A DNA stretch of 64,000 nt from a bacterium (lineage in GTDB: Bacteria; Electryoneota; JAOADG01), in the NCBI GenBank assembly GCA_963681965.1, contig OY820579.1:1184001-1248000 (forward strand), given 5' to 3'. Below the pieces are notes generated by a model. The model saw only the letters and a program-made list of their open reading frames with translations. It did not search any database and was not told the origin of the DNA. A program made the position numbers and the translations under genes. How positions within the stretch are numbered: position 1 is the stretch's first letter; each line of letters starts with the position of its first letter. Positions 29,235 through 41,896 of this stretch are shown in pieces.

Positions 29235-29571
29235 AAAAAACCTCAATACTTCTATTCAGTCAAATTTACTTCGATTAGATCGATTGAACTGGATATATTG
29301 TACGAAAAAAAACTCAATAATTGAAGTATCGACCGGCAAATATGCGAGAGATCGTGATTGCAAACAATCTGCAGATGTGGAAAGATTCCGGCACAAATTG
29401 ATCAAAATCGACCGCATCATTTACCCCGAGAATCGATTGAAAATAGTGTCTAAAATCGCTTGGAAATGCTTTACTGCAAGCAGTTGCAATACCATCGCAT
29501 TAAACGTATTATATAAGGTTTAGTAGCAACACGAGGTACCGCTCTAACGGTAAGCAAGTTGATATATCTAA

Positions 29572-31569
<1,998 letters not shown>

Positions 31570-31749
31570 CTATTAAAAAGTGACGATCGAAATTCATTTC
31601 AGCAATTGTTCGGAATTATTAGATCGCTGTGAACTATTGAATATTCAACCATGCAAATCGGGAAACCTGCGTATTGATTTTATTATTATGTTTCAATGAA
31701 AACCGCCAAGGTTTTATTGGAAGCGTAGGTGCTGAAATAAGGAGTTAGT

Positions 31750-32703
31750 GTGTTCAATTTTGCATTGATCGGTGCATCGGGATATATCGCACCTCGTCAT
31801 TTGCGTGCGATCCACGAATCTGGAAATCGATTGGTTGCGGCGATCGATCCACACGATTCGGTTGGTGTTCTCGATCGCTATTTTCCTGAAGCACGGTTTT
31901 TTACCGAAATTGAACGTTTCGACCGGTTCCTCATGAATCTGGTTTTAAATAACGATGAGCGAAAAGTCGATTATATCAGTGTTTGTACTCCAAATTATCT
32001 CCACGATGCACACGCTCGATTGAGTTTACGCGTTGGTGCCAATGTTATTTGCGAAAAACCGCTTGTCGTTAATCCATGGAATCTAGATCAATTGATCAAA
32101 TTGGAGCAGGATTACGGAAAGAAAGTATATACCGTAATGCAACTGCGTGTTCATCCCCGATTGATTGCACTTAAGGAACAAATCCAACAGCAACCCGGAA
32201 TGAAACACGATGTTACCTTATCCTATATCACCCCGCGCGGATCGTGGTATCAAGCATCATGGAAGGGTGTACTGGAAAAATCCGGAGGCGTTGGTACGAA
32301 TATCGGGATTCATCTCTTTGATTTGATGATTTGGCTGTTCGGCGATGTTACAGGTTATGAAGTGCATTATTGCGATTTGCATAAAATGACTGGCGTTATC
32401 GAGTTTCAAAATGCCCATGTTCGATGGTTCTTATCTATCGATAAAAGAGACCTTCCCCGCGAATACGATTCCTCGGGTTATACCGCATACCGGTATTTGT
32501 CGATTGACGGGATCGAAACGGAATTTTCGGAAGGTTTTGCCGATTTACATACACTGGTATACAATGATATCATCGCCGGTAAAGGGTACGGAATCGAAGA
32601 TGCTCGACCTTCGATCGACCTGGTTTATCATCTTCGGAATTTTAAACCGATCGTTCCGGCTGGCGATTGTCATCCGATCTTGGAGAAATTGATATCAAAC
32701 TAG
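31750..32703 (+). CDS. wbpB: UDP-GlcNAcA 3-dehydrogenase (WbpB/WlbA, Gfo/Idh/MocA family)
   Basis: FALIGASGYIAPRHLRAI, DSVG..D.YFP, TPNYLHDAH, CEKPLV, SWKG..KSGG..TNIGIH. Confidence 0.88.
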   Translation: MFNFALIGASGYIAPRHLRAIHESGNRLVAAIDPHDSVGVLDRYFPEARFFTEIERFDRFLMNLVLNNDERKVDYISVCTPNYLHDAHARLSLRVGANVICEKPLVVNPWNLDQLIKLEQDYGKKVYTVMQLRVHPRLIALKEQIQQQPGMKHDVTLSYITPRGSWYQASWKGVLEKSGGVGTNIGIHLFDLMIWLFGDVTGYEVHYCDLHKMTGVIEFQNAHVRWFLSIDKRDLPREYDSSGYTAYRYLSIDGIETEFSEGFADLHTLVYNDIIAGKGYGIEDARPSIDLVYHLRNFKPIVPAGDCHPILEKLISN

Positions 32704-32769
32704 TATCGTCACAATTCAAAAGGCTAGATATGTTGGATTTGTGGATCGTTTTGTCGTCTTGAGGGAACA

Positions 32770-33444
32770 ATGAGTGAGAAATCATACTTTGCTCATCCTA
32801 CAGCAATCGTTGATGAACCGGTTGAGATCGGTGAAGGGACGAAAATCTGGCACTTCTCTCACGTTATGAAAAACGTTACGATCGGAAAACGATGTGTATT
32901 TGGTCAGAACTGCAATATCGATAGCGGCGTAATCATCGGTGACAACGTTAAAGTGCAGAATAATGTCTCGATCTATACCGGAGTGGTAATTGAGGACGAT
33001 GTATTTCTTGGACCATCCTGCGTATTAACGAATGTTACCAACCCGCGATCGCAAGTTAATCGGCATACCCTTTACGAAAAAACGATTTTGCGACGCGGCT
33101 GCTCGATCGGTGCCAATGCCACTGTCGTATGCGGTATTATGATTGGTCGATATGCTTTTATCGGCGCAGGAGCAGTTGTTACAAAAAGTATTCCCGATTA
33201 CGCATTGATTTTAGGAAATCCGGGAAAACAGCGCGGTTGGGTTAGTCGACACGGATTGCCGTTAAAAGACCCTGATACAAACGGTATTTTTACTTGTCCT
33301 GAAAGTGGTTTGCGGTATCGGGAAGCCGATGCCGGCAAATTGATTTGCATCGATGTCGATGAAGACGCTCCACTTCCAGAAGAATTACGAATGGGTGCAA
33401 CATACTATGACGATATCGTGCATCCCGGTGAGCGATTGAACTGA
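32770..33444 (+). CDS. wbpD: Hexapeptide N-acetyltransferase (WbpD/WlbB)
   Basis: IGEGTKIWHFSHVM, NVKVQNNVSIY, FLGPSCVLTNV.NPRS, GWVSRHG. Confidence 0.88.
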   Translation: MSEKSYFAHPTAIVDEPVEIGEGTKIWHFSHVMKNVTIGKRCVFGQNCNIDSGVIIGDNVKVQNNVSIYTGVVIEDDVFLGPSCVLTNVTNPRSQVNRHTLYEKTILRRGCSIGANATVVCGIMIGRYAFIGAGAVVTKSIPDYALILGNPGKQRGWVSRHGLPLKDPDTNGIFTCPESGLRYREADAGKLICIDVDEDAPLPEELRMGATYYDDIVHPGERLN

Positions 33445-33501
33445 TCGGTCATTAGAATTGGTGTTACTTCGTTTTATCGAGATTACGTGATAAGGTAGCG
33501 A

Positions 33502-34620
33502 ATGCAGGTTCCCATTCTGGATCTGAAGGCACAATATCTTTCGTTGAAAGAAGAGATCGATAATGCGATTCGAACTGTTTTCGATTCGCAACAATTTATC
33601 AATGGTCCGCAAGTTGGAGAATGTGAAAAGGCAATTGCAGCCTACTCACAAGCGCTATTTGCAACCGGTGTTTCTTCTGGTACGGATGCGCTGTTAATTC
33701 CGCTGATGATCGAGAAGATCGGTCCCGGCGACGAAGTGATTGTACCGAACTACTCGTTTTTTGCGACCGCTGGAGTTGTCGCACGCGTAGGTGCAAAACC
33801 GGTGTTCGTCGACATCGATCCTGTAACCTTCAATATCGATCCACAAAAAATTGAAGAGAGTATTACCGCCAAAACAAAAGCGATCATCCCTGTACATTTA
33901 TTCGGACAGATGGCGGACATGATGGCGATCGGCGAACTCGCCGATAAATATCATCTGATCGTAATCGAGGATGCTGCACAAGCGATTGGCGCCGAGTGCA
34001 ATCGAAAACGCGCCGGATCGTTCGGTCATTACGGAACACTCAGTTTCTTTCCCTCGAAAAATCTTGGTTGTGCCGGGGATGGTGGAATGATTATCACTTC
34101 GGATCCGAAGCGTGACGAATTGTCCAAGATCTTTCGACAACATGGATCGAAAGTAAAATATCGACATACGCATATTGGCGGTAATTTTCGATTGGATACG
34201 CTTCAAGCGGCAATACTATTGGCAAAGCTTCCACTGTTAGATCGGTGGACTGCAGCACGTCAAGAACACGCAAAGTATTACCGGGAATTGTTTGAACGTA
34301 CGGGGTTGCTTGGAACCGATCTAATCGCACTTCCGGAAGAAACTTGCGATCGACATATTTTCAATCAATATGTCGGCCGATTTACTCGTCGCGATCGTCT
34401 AATAGCATGGTTGCGGGACCACGGAATCGAATGTGTGGTTTATTACCCGATTCCATTTCATCAGATGGAATGCTTTGCCGATCTAGGCTATTCGATCGGT
34501 GATTTTCCCGAAAGTGAAAAAGCTTCGGGCGAAGCTTTGGCGATACCGATTTACCCTGAAATGACTTCTGAGATGCAAGAATACGTCGTCGATACGATAG
34601 CTGAATTTTACCGAAAGTAG
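33502..34620 (+). CDS. wbpE: DegT/DnrJ/EryC1/StrS aminotransferase (WbpE/WlbC-like)
   Basis: SSGTDAL, PVHLFGQ, EDAAQAIGA, SFFPSKNLG..GDGG, NFRLDTLQAA; context with wbpB/wbpD. Confidence 0.82.
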   Translation: MQVPILDLKAQYLSLKEEIDNAIRTVFDSQQFINGPQVGECEKAIAAYSQALFATGVSSGTDALLIPLMIEKIGPGDEVIVPNYSFFATAGVVARVGAKPVFVDIDPVTFNIDPQKIEESITAKTKAIIPVHLFGQMADMMAIGELADKYHLIVIEDAAQAIGAECNRKRAGSFGHYGTLSFFPSKNLGCAGDGGMIITSDPKRDELSKIFRQHGSKVKYRHTHIGGNFRLDTLQAAILLAKLPLLDRWTAARQEHAKYYRELFERTGLLGTDLIALPEETCDRHIFNQYVGRFTRRDRLIAWLRDHGIECVVYYPIPFHQMECFADLGYSIGDFPESEKASGEALAIPIYPEMTSEMQEYVVDTIAEFYRK

Positions 34621-34625
34621 GTAAT

Positions 34626-36176
34626 ATGATGTGTTCCAGCAATTTTCGAACAATTGCAATACTATTGTTGTTAGCGATTTCTACGATTGCGTTTGCTCAG
34701 GGAATACAATTACCTCAAGATTTTGGCTATTCAAATCGACATGCCGAATTAATCGATGCCGGGATTCTTTGGCATTCTAATTCGACATTTCATCCCGCAA
34801 CGATATCGAACATTGATGAACAATCTCTACTTTCAAATTCCGAACCGGGACCTCGATGGGTACAAAAGTACTTAACAGATTTTACCGGTTGGTGTAACAA
34901 GGCAAAAGACGGTAGTGAAAAAGGAATCTCCGCTAATTTTCTAGTTCGATTAACTGCCACTGCTCCCGGTGGTCCCAATCGGATTTATGAAAAGACTGGT
35001 ATCACACCCGAACTTTGGATGCATATTCAAATGCACCGCCATTTTTATATCGATTTCGACGCACGATTTACGAATGAAGGTAAATCGCTTGAGCATTTTA
35101 GCGGAAGACCGAAAAGAATCTCGCGAGCCAGTTTCAATACTTCGGAAATCGATCATGCTGTTATCGGATATGAAAATAATTGGATCAAAGTCGATTACGG
35201 TCGATCACGGGAAATTTGGGGAGCCATGCCGGAGAATAATCTACTCCTGGCGGGATCTTCGCCTGCATACGAACGGTTACTCTTCCAATTGAACCACAAG
35301 CGATTTAGTTATCGCTGGTTCTACGGCTATTTGGAATCGGTTTGGGATACTGCAAATGCAGTCGATATTAATCGATATTTAGTTGGTCGCTGTTTCGAAT
35401 ACAACAACCACAAAAATTTGGTCTTGAATCTAGGCGAAACAATCATTTATTCCGGTCCCAACCGTGTTCCCGAATTATCGTACTTAAATCCGATTTCGGA
35501 ACATGTCGAAATCGAGACGAATGCTCGCGACAACAGTCATTACAATCAGCAAAACTCCGTATTCTTTCTTGGTGTAGATTGGCTGGCACGCAAAAATTTG
35601 CGGATCTCAACGACCTTCGGTGCCGACGAATACCGCATTGATCGTGGCGAACAAAAAAAATTCGGGGAAGCGCTGCTTTATTTTGGTCGGGTGGCTTGGA
35701 CACCGACTTACAATCCTGCGTTGATCACCCTCTTTGCACAAGGCTATCGAATTGATACTTACTCCCAACAGCATCGATATCGCTGGGATAATAACCTTAC
35801 TCATGGTCAATTAATCGGTTCACCGATCGGAAACGATGCCGATGATTTCTCCGCTGGACTACGAATCATTCTTCCCGTTCCAGTATCGACTGAGGTGTCG
35901 TATGGTCGAATGCGATGGGGAGAGAATTCAATGATCTTACACCCATATACTGCTTATGTTAAATTTGATCGACCGGTATTCCCAAGTGGTGAAGTGCGAA
36001 CCAACCGGTATCTTGCAATGAAATTGGATTCGCAACCATTCTCATTCTTCTCGCTGCAAGTTGCTTCACACATCGACTTGTCCCACAGTGGAAGCGGAAG
36101 TGCGATGGAGCGATGGACTGTTACCGGACAATTCCAAGTCCCATACTTCACCACAAGTAAGTTTGTTGAGGAATAG
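34626..36176 (+). CDS. Capsule assembly Wzi-like outer-membrane protein
   Basis: Signal peptide; GRSREIWG...LLL, LGETIIY, YLNP, GSPIGNDAD; follows sugar-nucleotide genes. Confidence 0.6.
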   Translation: MMCSSNFRTIAILLLLAISTIAFAQGIQLPQDFGYSNRHAELIDAGILWHSNSTFHPATISNIDEQSLLSNSEPGPRWVQKYLTDFTGWCNKAKDGSEKGISANFLVRLTATAPGGPNRIYEKTGITPELWMHIQMHRHFYIDFDARFTNEGKSLEHFSGRPKRISRASFNTSEIDHAVIGYENNWIKVDYGRSREIWGAMPENNLLLAGSSPAYERLLFQLNHKRFSYRWFYGYLESVWDTANAVDINRYLVGRCFEYNNHKNLVLNLGETIIYSGPNRVPELSYLNPISEHVEIETNARDNSHYNQQNSVFFLGVDWLARKNLRISTTFGADEYRIDRGEQKKFGEALLYFGRVAWTPTYNPALITLFAQGYRIDTYSQQHRYRWDNNLTHGQLIGSPIGNDADDFSAGLRIILPVPVSTEVSYGRMRWGENSMILHPYTAYVKFDRPVFPSGEVRTNRYLAMKLDSQPFSFFSLQVASHIDLSHSGSGSAMERWTVTGQFQVPYFTTSKFVEE

Positions 36177-36267
36177 CCCTTTACGTACGATCGTTATTGT
36201 AAGAGAATCTTTCCACTGAAGGTGCGGTACGCTTTCTAATCGAGGGAGGTTTGCCAATGCTATTCCC

Positions 36268-38103
36268 TTAGAAATCCGATTCAATCTTATACGCGATCTC
36301 AGCCTCGTAAGACACAATCTCCGGGCTTCCCACATGTTTCTTTATCCTAATTGTGGAAAGAAACACTTTAACCGATAAATCGTCATTAGATGCAACGATT
36401 GACATCTTCTCTGGTGGAATTTTATTGGTGGATTCCGTGCCATATTCTGCAATAATATTTGCTAGATGATGTTTAAAGTCAATCTGAAGCGAAGTTGCAG
36501 GGAGTGTGTCGTGCCTAACTGATACAGTTAACGTACTCAGATCCTGTCCGATTTGATAGATAATTCCCTGGTCTAAGAATTCGCGATTCTTGACTCCCGA
36601 GTGAACTCGTTGTCCACGTAATAAACGATTATAGCCCTTAATGTCCAACGCTTTTTCGCGATCGATCGATAAAGTGATGGTCCCATCATCGGAAGCTTGC
36701 CATCTTCGAACGAACGGCACACCCATCCGTTTTGCGATGGACTCCGATTCGATAATGGTGTTCCCAGTACCTGCGGATTTATTTTTCAGACTTTCACTAA
36801 ACCATGGTTGGATTGCATCGAATCCATGGACTTCGGATAAATAGTCGAGGATCGAACTGATTTGCCGAGTTGCTTCAAATTGTAGCGAATCATGTTTATT
36901 CTGCACCCGTCCATTAACAAGAATGTGATTCTTTTCAAGTAGTATCTTGAGACGTTGAACCTGATTTTTCTCCGAAATCGCAAAAACTCCCCATGGACCG
37001 CAGCTAACGATAAACACCGTTACACATAGAGAAATTGGAATGAAGAGTATTTTCTTATTCTTGCTGAAAATGAAATACGGTGTAAAGACACAAAGCCAGA
37101 CTACTGTTGCGATGCCAAGATATCTTCCCTCGGTGATTCCGTACTCGGCAACACGCTGCCAGACGGCTAGGAAAAGCATGATTGTTAGTGGGATAATGAC
37201 CACATAAAACCATTTGGTAGCAATTTTCATCCAGCGATTCTCGATTCGCTCTCGAATAGGGTATACTAACAACACAGATACTAACCCAGTTGCGATGAAT
37301 CCAAGAATAAGCCGGCTCACCCACCCTCTTGGCCAGTCCCATGCTAGAATAATTTTACCCAGATAGAGATAGAGGATGATGAAATAGATGAGTACTAAGG
37401 GAAAGAGGATATACTGGGAAAAGATCTTGAGTTCTTTCGGATAATCCTCAATATTGTCAAGACTTTTCAGATCTTTTGGAACGCCAGTCAGAAAGAACCA
37501 AGTTGTAAATAATCCATTGACTAAAACGATCAATTCTGCGTACCGCTTGCCAGGGATATCGATATCAAACAAGTAATTCAGTGCCGCGAGCGCGATTGCC
37601 AGACCTCCGCTCAAGACTATGGCATATAGTCCTGTGGTGAAAACTCTCTGGTACAAAATTTTACAGAAATTCCAGTACTCTAATTCATTTTCGTACTTAT
37701 AGAACGGGGCGGAGAGATTAAATAAAACCAATCCCAATGTTAGTAGAAATAGCCGAATTAGATGGATGCTAGGCGCATTGTGGAGATTCTGTGGGACTGT
37801 TAACACATACAGACCGACCAAGATGATCCCGGTAAATTGCACACCCAGTGTAACCGACCGACTCCATTTCCATTTTTCAGAAATAAGTGCTAGACCCGTT
37901 AGAAGTGGAAATCCGAGAATTGCACCAAAGATCAATTGTATTAATACCGTTGGTTCGGAAGCTGCCTGACTGTCGATCAACAATATCGTGCACGTGGTTC
38001 CGAAAATAGCTACTAGTATGGCTAAAGGAAAGCGTGCGAAAGTTTTGCGTGCGTCGACCAAAGTTTGAGTGATGGATAGGAGTTTCACTTTTGTCTCATT
38101 CAT
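36268..38103 (-). CDS. DUF4153-like multi-pass membrane protein
   Basis: RFPLAI, YILFPL..IY..ILYLY, RVAEYGITEGRY, GPWGVF..S..NQ..RL. Confidence 0.75.
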   Translation of the reverse strand: MNETKVKLLSITQTLVDARKTFARFPLAILVAIFGTTCTILLIDSQAASEPTVLIQLIFGAILGFPLLTGLALISEKWKWSRSVTLGVQFTGIILVGLYVLTVPQNLHNAPSIHLIRLFLLTLGLVLFNLSAPFYKYENELEYWNFCKILYQRVFTTGLYAIVLSGGLAIALAALNYLFDIDIPGKRYAELIVLVNGLFTTWFFLTGVPKDLKSLDNIEDYPKELKIFSQYILFPLVLIYFIILYLYLGKIILAWDWPRGWVSRLILGFIATGLVSVLLVYPIRERIENRWMKIATKWFYVVIIPLTIMLFLAVWQRVAEYGITEGRYLGIATVVWLCVFTPYFIFSKNKKILFIPISLCVTVFIVSCGPWGVFAISEKNQVQRLKILLEKNHILVNGRVQNKHDSLQFEATRQISSILDYLSEVHGFDAIQPWFSESLKNKSAGTGNTIIESESIAKRMGVPFVRRWQASDDGTITLSIDREKALDIKGYNRLLRGQRVHSGVKNREFLDQGIIYQIGQDLSTLTVSVRHDTLPATSLQIDFKHHLANIIAEYGTESTNKIPPEKMSIVASNDDLSVKVFLSTIRIKKHVGSPEIVSYEAEIAYKIESDF

Positions 38104-38567
38104 TTACTAGTGGAATATACAAATTGTAATTAAATAAACGATCATATCTCATTTCATGTAACTCTCTTTATACACGTAGAAAGAAATTTTAGTTTCCCTC
38201 ATCAGAACACCGATCACTAAAGTTCGAATATTGAATTGATAGATGGATTGATTCAAATAGATGCAAATCGGGCAACTATATCAAAATAACTCGTTTTGCT
38301 TTTTGTGAAAAGAAGATTCGGTGTTTCAGGATAGCAAGGTCACTTTAAAGAGCAAGGATACTGGATGCGCCAATTGATCTTTAAATTATCAGAGTTGAAT
38401 AACATCATTCCAAGTGAAGTGCTCTGCAGTATGTTTCACTGATGGTATCGATTGGTTCAAAGAGATCGCGATTTTTACTATGTGTTGATCCGAAGGGCAA
38501 TCAATAAACTGGCACTCTTCGGCACCGAACGTCTTCCGTGACAACAATGAACTTATTTCTGAATTCA

Positions 38568-40325
38568 TTACTGCTTTGGGATATGTAATGTGAAAGTTGC
38601 GCCTTTCCCCAATTCAGATCGAAGATCAGCAGTACCTTGGTGAGCGAGCGTGATATGTTTGACGATAGCGAGACCCAAACCGGTACCGCCGAGATTGCGA
38701 CTGCGGGATGCGTCAACCCGGTAAAACCGTTCGAAAATGCGCTCTTGATGCTCTAGTGATATTCCCGGTCCATGATCGGTTACTAAAATCATAACCTCGG
38801 AATCGATCAACTTTGCCGATAATTCCACCGGCTTACCCTCGCCATACTTGAATGCATTATCCAGCAGATTCATTACCGCTTCTGGCAGTAGCCGGGGGTC
38901 TGCATGAATAATTAGGGTCTCGGGAATACTGACCGAAAAGACGACCTTCTCTCGTTCGGCACGAATTCGAAATTCATCGATCATCGGTTCTAGTGCATCG
39001 AACAGATTGAATTCACATAAATCGATGGTATAATCAGCGCGCTCAATCCGCGATAAACGTAATAAGTCTTCAATGATTGCATTAAGCCGATTGGTTTGTC
39101 TAACCGCTACATCAAGGAACCGTTGCGATTGCTCAGGATCCGATATATCGCCAGTTTGCAGCGCCTCTAAGTAACCTTTGATCGAAGTCACCGGAGTACG
39201 CAACTCATGCGATGCGTTCGCGATAAATTCCTGACGTATCTTTTCCAAATGATTCAATTTCGTTACATCGCGTAACACGATCAAAGTGCCATTCCGATGT
39301 TGATCATCCATTTTTAGTTGACAACAATAGGCACTTAACAACTTTCCATTGGGAAGTGTAAGAAGCGTCTCTTCCTGATTTGAACCGGGTTGTGCTGATT
39401 GTGCCAATGCAAGTAACGGTGCGTTTCGAATGCATTCCACTAGTAGTTTTCCCGATACGTTTTCGGTGTCAACTCCAAACCATTCCGAAGCTGCTCGATT
39501 GATACGAATTAATCGACCTTCATCATTCAGCGCAATGACCCCTTCCACCATATTGGCGAGCAGCGCTTCCAGTTCATTGCGCTGCAATTCGATCTCTTTG
39601 AACCGTAGATGTAGTTCATCGGCAAGGCTGTTCATTGCCGATGCCAGTTGTCCTGCTACGGGTTCGGAGAATCGGGGGTAACGGTATTGTAGATTGCCAG
39701 TAAAGAATTTCGGCGAGTCGGTAACCATTTGCTGAAGTGGGTGAATCAAGATGTGCGACATGATCCATCCGATCAGAAGCACCCCGATGAATACGATAAG
39801 TCCGATTCCGATCAACTTATTTCGAAGCGGTAAAATCAACCGGGTGACTGCTTCACGCGGTTCGCTTAATCGTAGCACAAGCGTTTGCTTGCTGGGTAAC
39901 GATACCCGTTTGACGAAATAAAGATCGGTGGTCTGATCGGAAGTACTGTAGCGTTCAATGGTTGCAGTTCCGTTTTTCAATGCTTCGACAATCTCTGGTC
40001 GATAGTCGGTTGTGACAATTTTATTTCCATGATGACGCGAGTCGCCAATCAATTGACCCGTCGAATCGAAGAGCGTTAACCGGCTTTGAGCCCGGAAACT
40101 GATCATGTGGAGCAACGAATCGATTTCGGAAGGAGAAAACTGATAGATGTTATGCGGTATCACTTCTTCCAGTAACTCGGCACGTAGGCGCATATCCGCA
40201 TAGAGTTGTTCGTGCTGGATCTGCTTGAAATAGAAGTGGACAACCAATAAGGCGATCAGAACAGCGCCACCGAGTGTAATAGCAAAGAATAGGCGCAGTT
40301 GATTTAGTAGCGTGAGTCGTGTCAT
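38568..40325 (-). CDS. phoR: Phosphate regulon sensor histidine kinase (TM, HAMP, PAS, HisKA, HATPase)
   Basis: EFIANASHELRTPVTSIKGY, NLLDNAFKY, IFERFYRVDASRSR..GGTGLGLAIVKH; pst context. Confidence 0.92.
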   Translation of the reverse strand: MTRLTLLNQLRLFFAITLGGAVLIALLVVHFYFKQIQHEQLYADMRLRAELLEEVIPHNIYQFSPSEIDSLLHMISFRAQSRLTLFDSTGQLIGDSRHHGNKIVTTDYRPEIVEALKNGTATIERYSTSDQTTDLYFVKRVSLPSKQTLVLRLSEPREAVTRLILPLRNKLIGIGLIVFIGVLLIGWIMSHILIHPLQQMVTDSPKFFTGNLQYRYPRFSEPVAGQLASAMNSLADELHLRFKEIELQRNELEALLANMVEGVIALNDEGRLIRINRAASEWFGVDTENVSGKLLVECIRNAPLLALAQSAQPGSNQEETLLTLPNGKLLSAYCCQLKMDDQHRNGTLIVLRDVTKLNHLEKIRQEFIANASHELRTPVTSIKGYLEALQTGDISDPEQSQRFLDVAVRQTNRLNAIIEDLLRLSRIERADYTIDLCEFNLFDALEPMIDEFRIRAEREKVVFSVSIPETLIIHADPRLLPEAVMNLLDNAFKYGEGKPVELSAKLIDSEVMILVTDHGPGISLEHQERIFERFYRVDASRSRNLGGTGLGLAIVKHITLAHQGTADLRSELGKGATFTLHIPKQ

Positions 40326-41011
40326 GAGGGTTCTTTCAATCGGTACCCAATACCATGCACCGTTTCGATGAGCGATCCGCTAGATTTGAGTTTCTTGCGT
40401 ACGGCGGCAATATGCACGTCGACCGATCGATCGGTTACCATGGAATCGCTTCCTCTGGCAGCATCGACAATTTGATATCGAGTGGAGACTCGACCAGGTT
40501 TTTTTAAGAAATGACTCAGAATGCGGAACTCGGTTGACGTCAGTTTGATCAATTCGCCACAGACTTTTACCAAGTGAGAGTCGACATCCACTTCAATTTC
40601 TCCAAAGCGAATAATCGAATCAGTATTGTCACTGATTCCGACAACCCGACGCAACACTGTTTTTATCCTAGCTAACAGGACACCTGCTGCAAATGGTTTG
40701 ACAATATAATCGTCAGCACCAAGTTCCAGACCACTAATAATGTCTTTCTCTTCACCCCGTGCCGTGACCATAATGACTGGCACGTTTTTTAATGCATCGG
40801 TTGCTTTCAATCGCTTACAGATTGTCAACCCGTCCATTCCCGGTAAGGTTAAGTCAAGTAAGATTAAATCAGGTGTATTGGTTTGAAGGGTTTGCCATGC
40901 AGATATACCATCGGAGGCAATTTCACAGCGATACCCCTCCCGCTTAAGGTGGTATTTAATGAGTTCAGCAATATCGTGTTCATCTTCGATGATGAATATT
41001 GCTTCATTCAT
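40322..41011 (-). CDS. phoB: OmpR/PhoB family response regulator
   Basis: IIEDE, PDLILLDLTLPGMDG, GADDYIVKPF, RSVDVHI..RKKL, IETVHGIGY. Confidence 0.92.
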   Translation of the reverse strand: MNEAIFIIEDEHDIAELIKYHLKREGYRCEIASDGISAWQTLQTNTPDLILLDLTLPGMDGLTICKRLKATDALKNVPVIMVTARGEEKDIISGLELGADDYIVKPFAAGVLLARIKTVLRRVVGISDNTDSIIRFGEIEVDVDSHLVKVCGELIKLTSTEFRILSHFLKKPGRVSTRYQIVDAARGSDSMVTDRSVDVHIAAVRKKLKSSGSLIETVHGIGYRLKEPS

Positions 41012-41699
41012 CCTGTGCATCCTCTTCGGTACTAAGTGCTTCCCGTTCGCGAATATGTCGGACGATAATTCCATCCACAAGATAGATAACATCTTCGGCG
41101 ATGTTAGTCACTTGATCGGCGCATCGTTCGAGATAGCGTGAAATTGAAACCATTTGCAGCACGGTCGCGACCGACGATGGTTGAGCTTGGATCAACTCCT
41201 GAGCAGCATGATAACATTCGCGATGCATTTCGTCTACTTGATCGTCTAACAGGCACACATTACGGGCTAGATTACCGTCGAGTTTTACCAGCGCGTCAAG
41301 TGCTTTACGCAGCATTTCCTTGACTTTATCCGACATCGCCCGCACATCCACAATCGGAGGCAAGTGATTATCACCGTGAAGATCGGAAACGCGTTGAGCG
41401 ACATTTACTGCTAAATCGCCAATCCGCTCCAAGTCGTTATTGATCTTCAGAACTGCTATCACAAACCGCAGATTATTGGCAACCGGTTGGTAAAGAGCAA
41501 GAATCTTCAAACAATCTTCCTCGATCCCAACTTCACGCAAATCGATCTGTGCATCGGCATCAACAACTTGCTGTGCTTGCGAACTGTTACCTAATAGAAG
41601 TGCATCGATCGCAAGCCGAAGCTGCTCTTCGACCAGAGCGCCTATCTCCAGAATCTCCTTTTTCAGGTGTTCCAGTTCTTTTTCCAATCGCCAGGACAT
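41004..41699 (-). CDS. phoU: Phosphate signalling protein PhoU
   Basis: QPVA..LR, DLERIGDLAVNVA, DDQVD, YLERCADQVTNIAE; GGAGGAG RBS. Confidence 0.95.
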   Translation of the reverse strand: MSWRLEKELEHLKKEILEIGALVEEQLRLAIDALLLGNSSQAQQVVDADAQIDLREVGIEEDCLKILALYQPVANNLRFVIAVLKINNDLERIGDLAVNVAQRVSDLHGDNHLPPIVDVRAMSDKVKEMLRKALDALVKLDGNLARNVCLLDDQVDEMHRECYHAAQELIQAQPSSVATVLQMVSISRYLERCADQVTNIAEDVIYLVDGIIVRHIREREALSTEEDAQDE

Positions 41700-41737
41700 A
41701 CTCCTCCCAATCAAATATACCAAATAAACGGAATGAA

Positions 41738-41822
41738 TGTTAAGAGAATGTTAAGACTGGAAAACTTGCCTTCTCCGAGTGTATTAACAAATTCTTAACA
41801 TCTCCTTCATTTATTGTTAACA
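41738..41822. promoter_or_regulatory. Pho boxes in divergent phoU / porin-pst promoter region
   Basis: TTAACA direct repeats with 11-bp period: minus strand at 41738 and 41749; plus strand at 41784, 41795, (41806 degenerate) and 41817. Confidence 0.8.
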
Positions 41823-41896
41823 TCGAATTGCTTTCTTGGGATACGAAACGAGTGGAACCACTCATAAGCAAAGTCAACCCAAGGAAAGGAAGAAAT

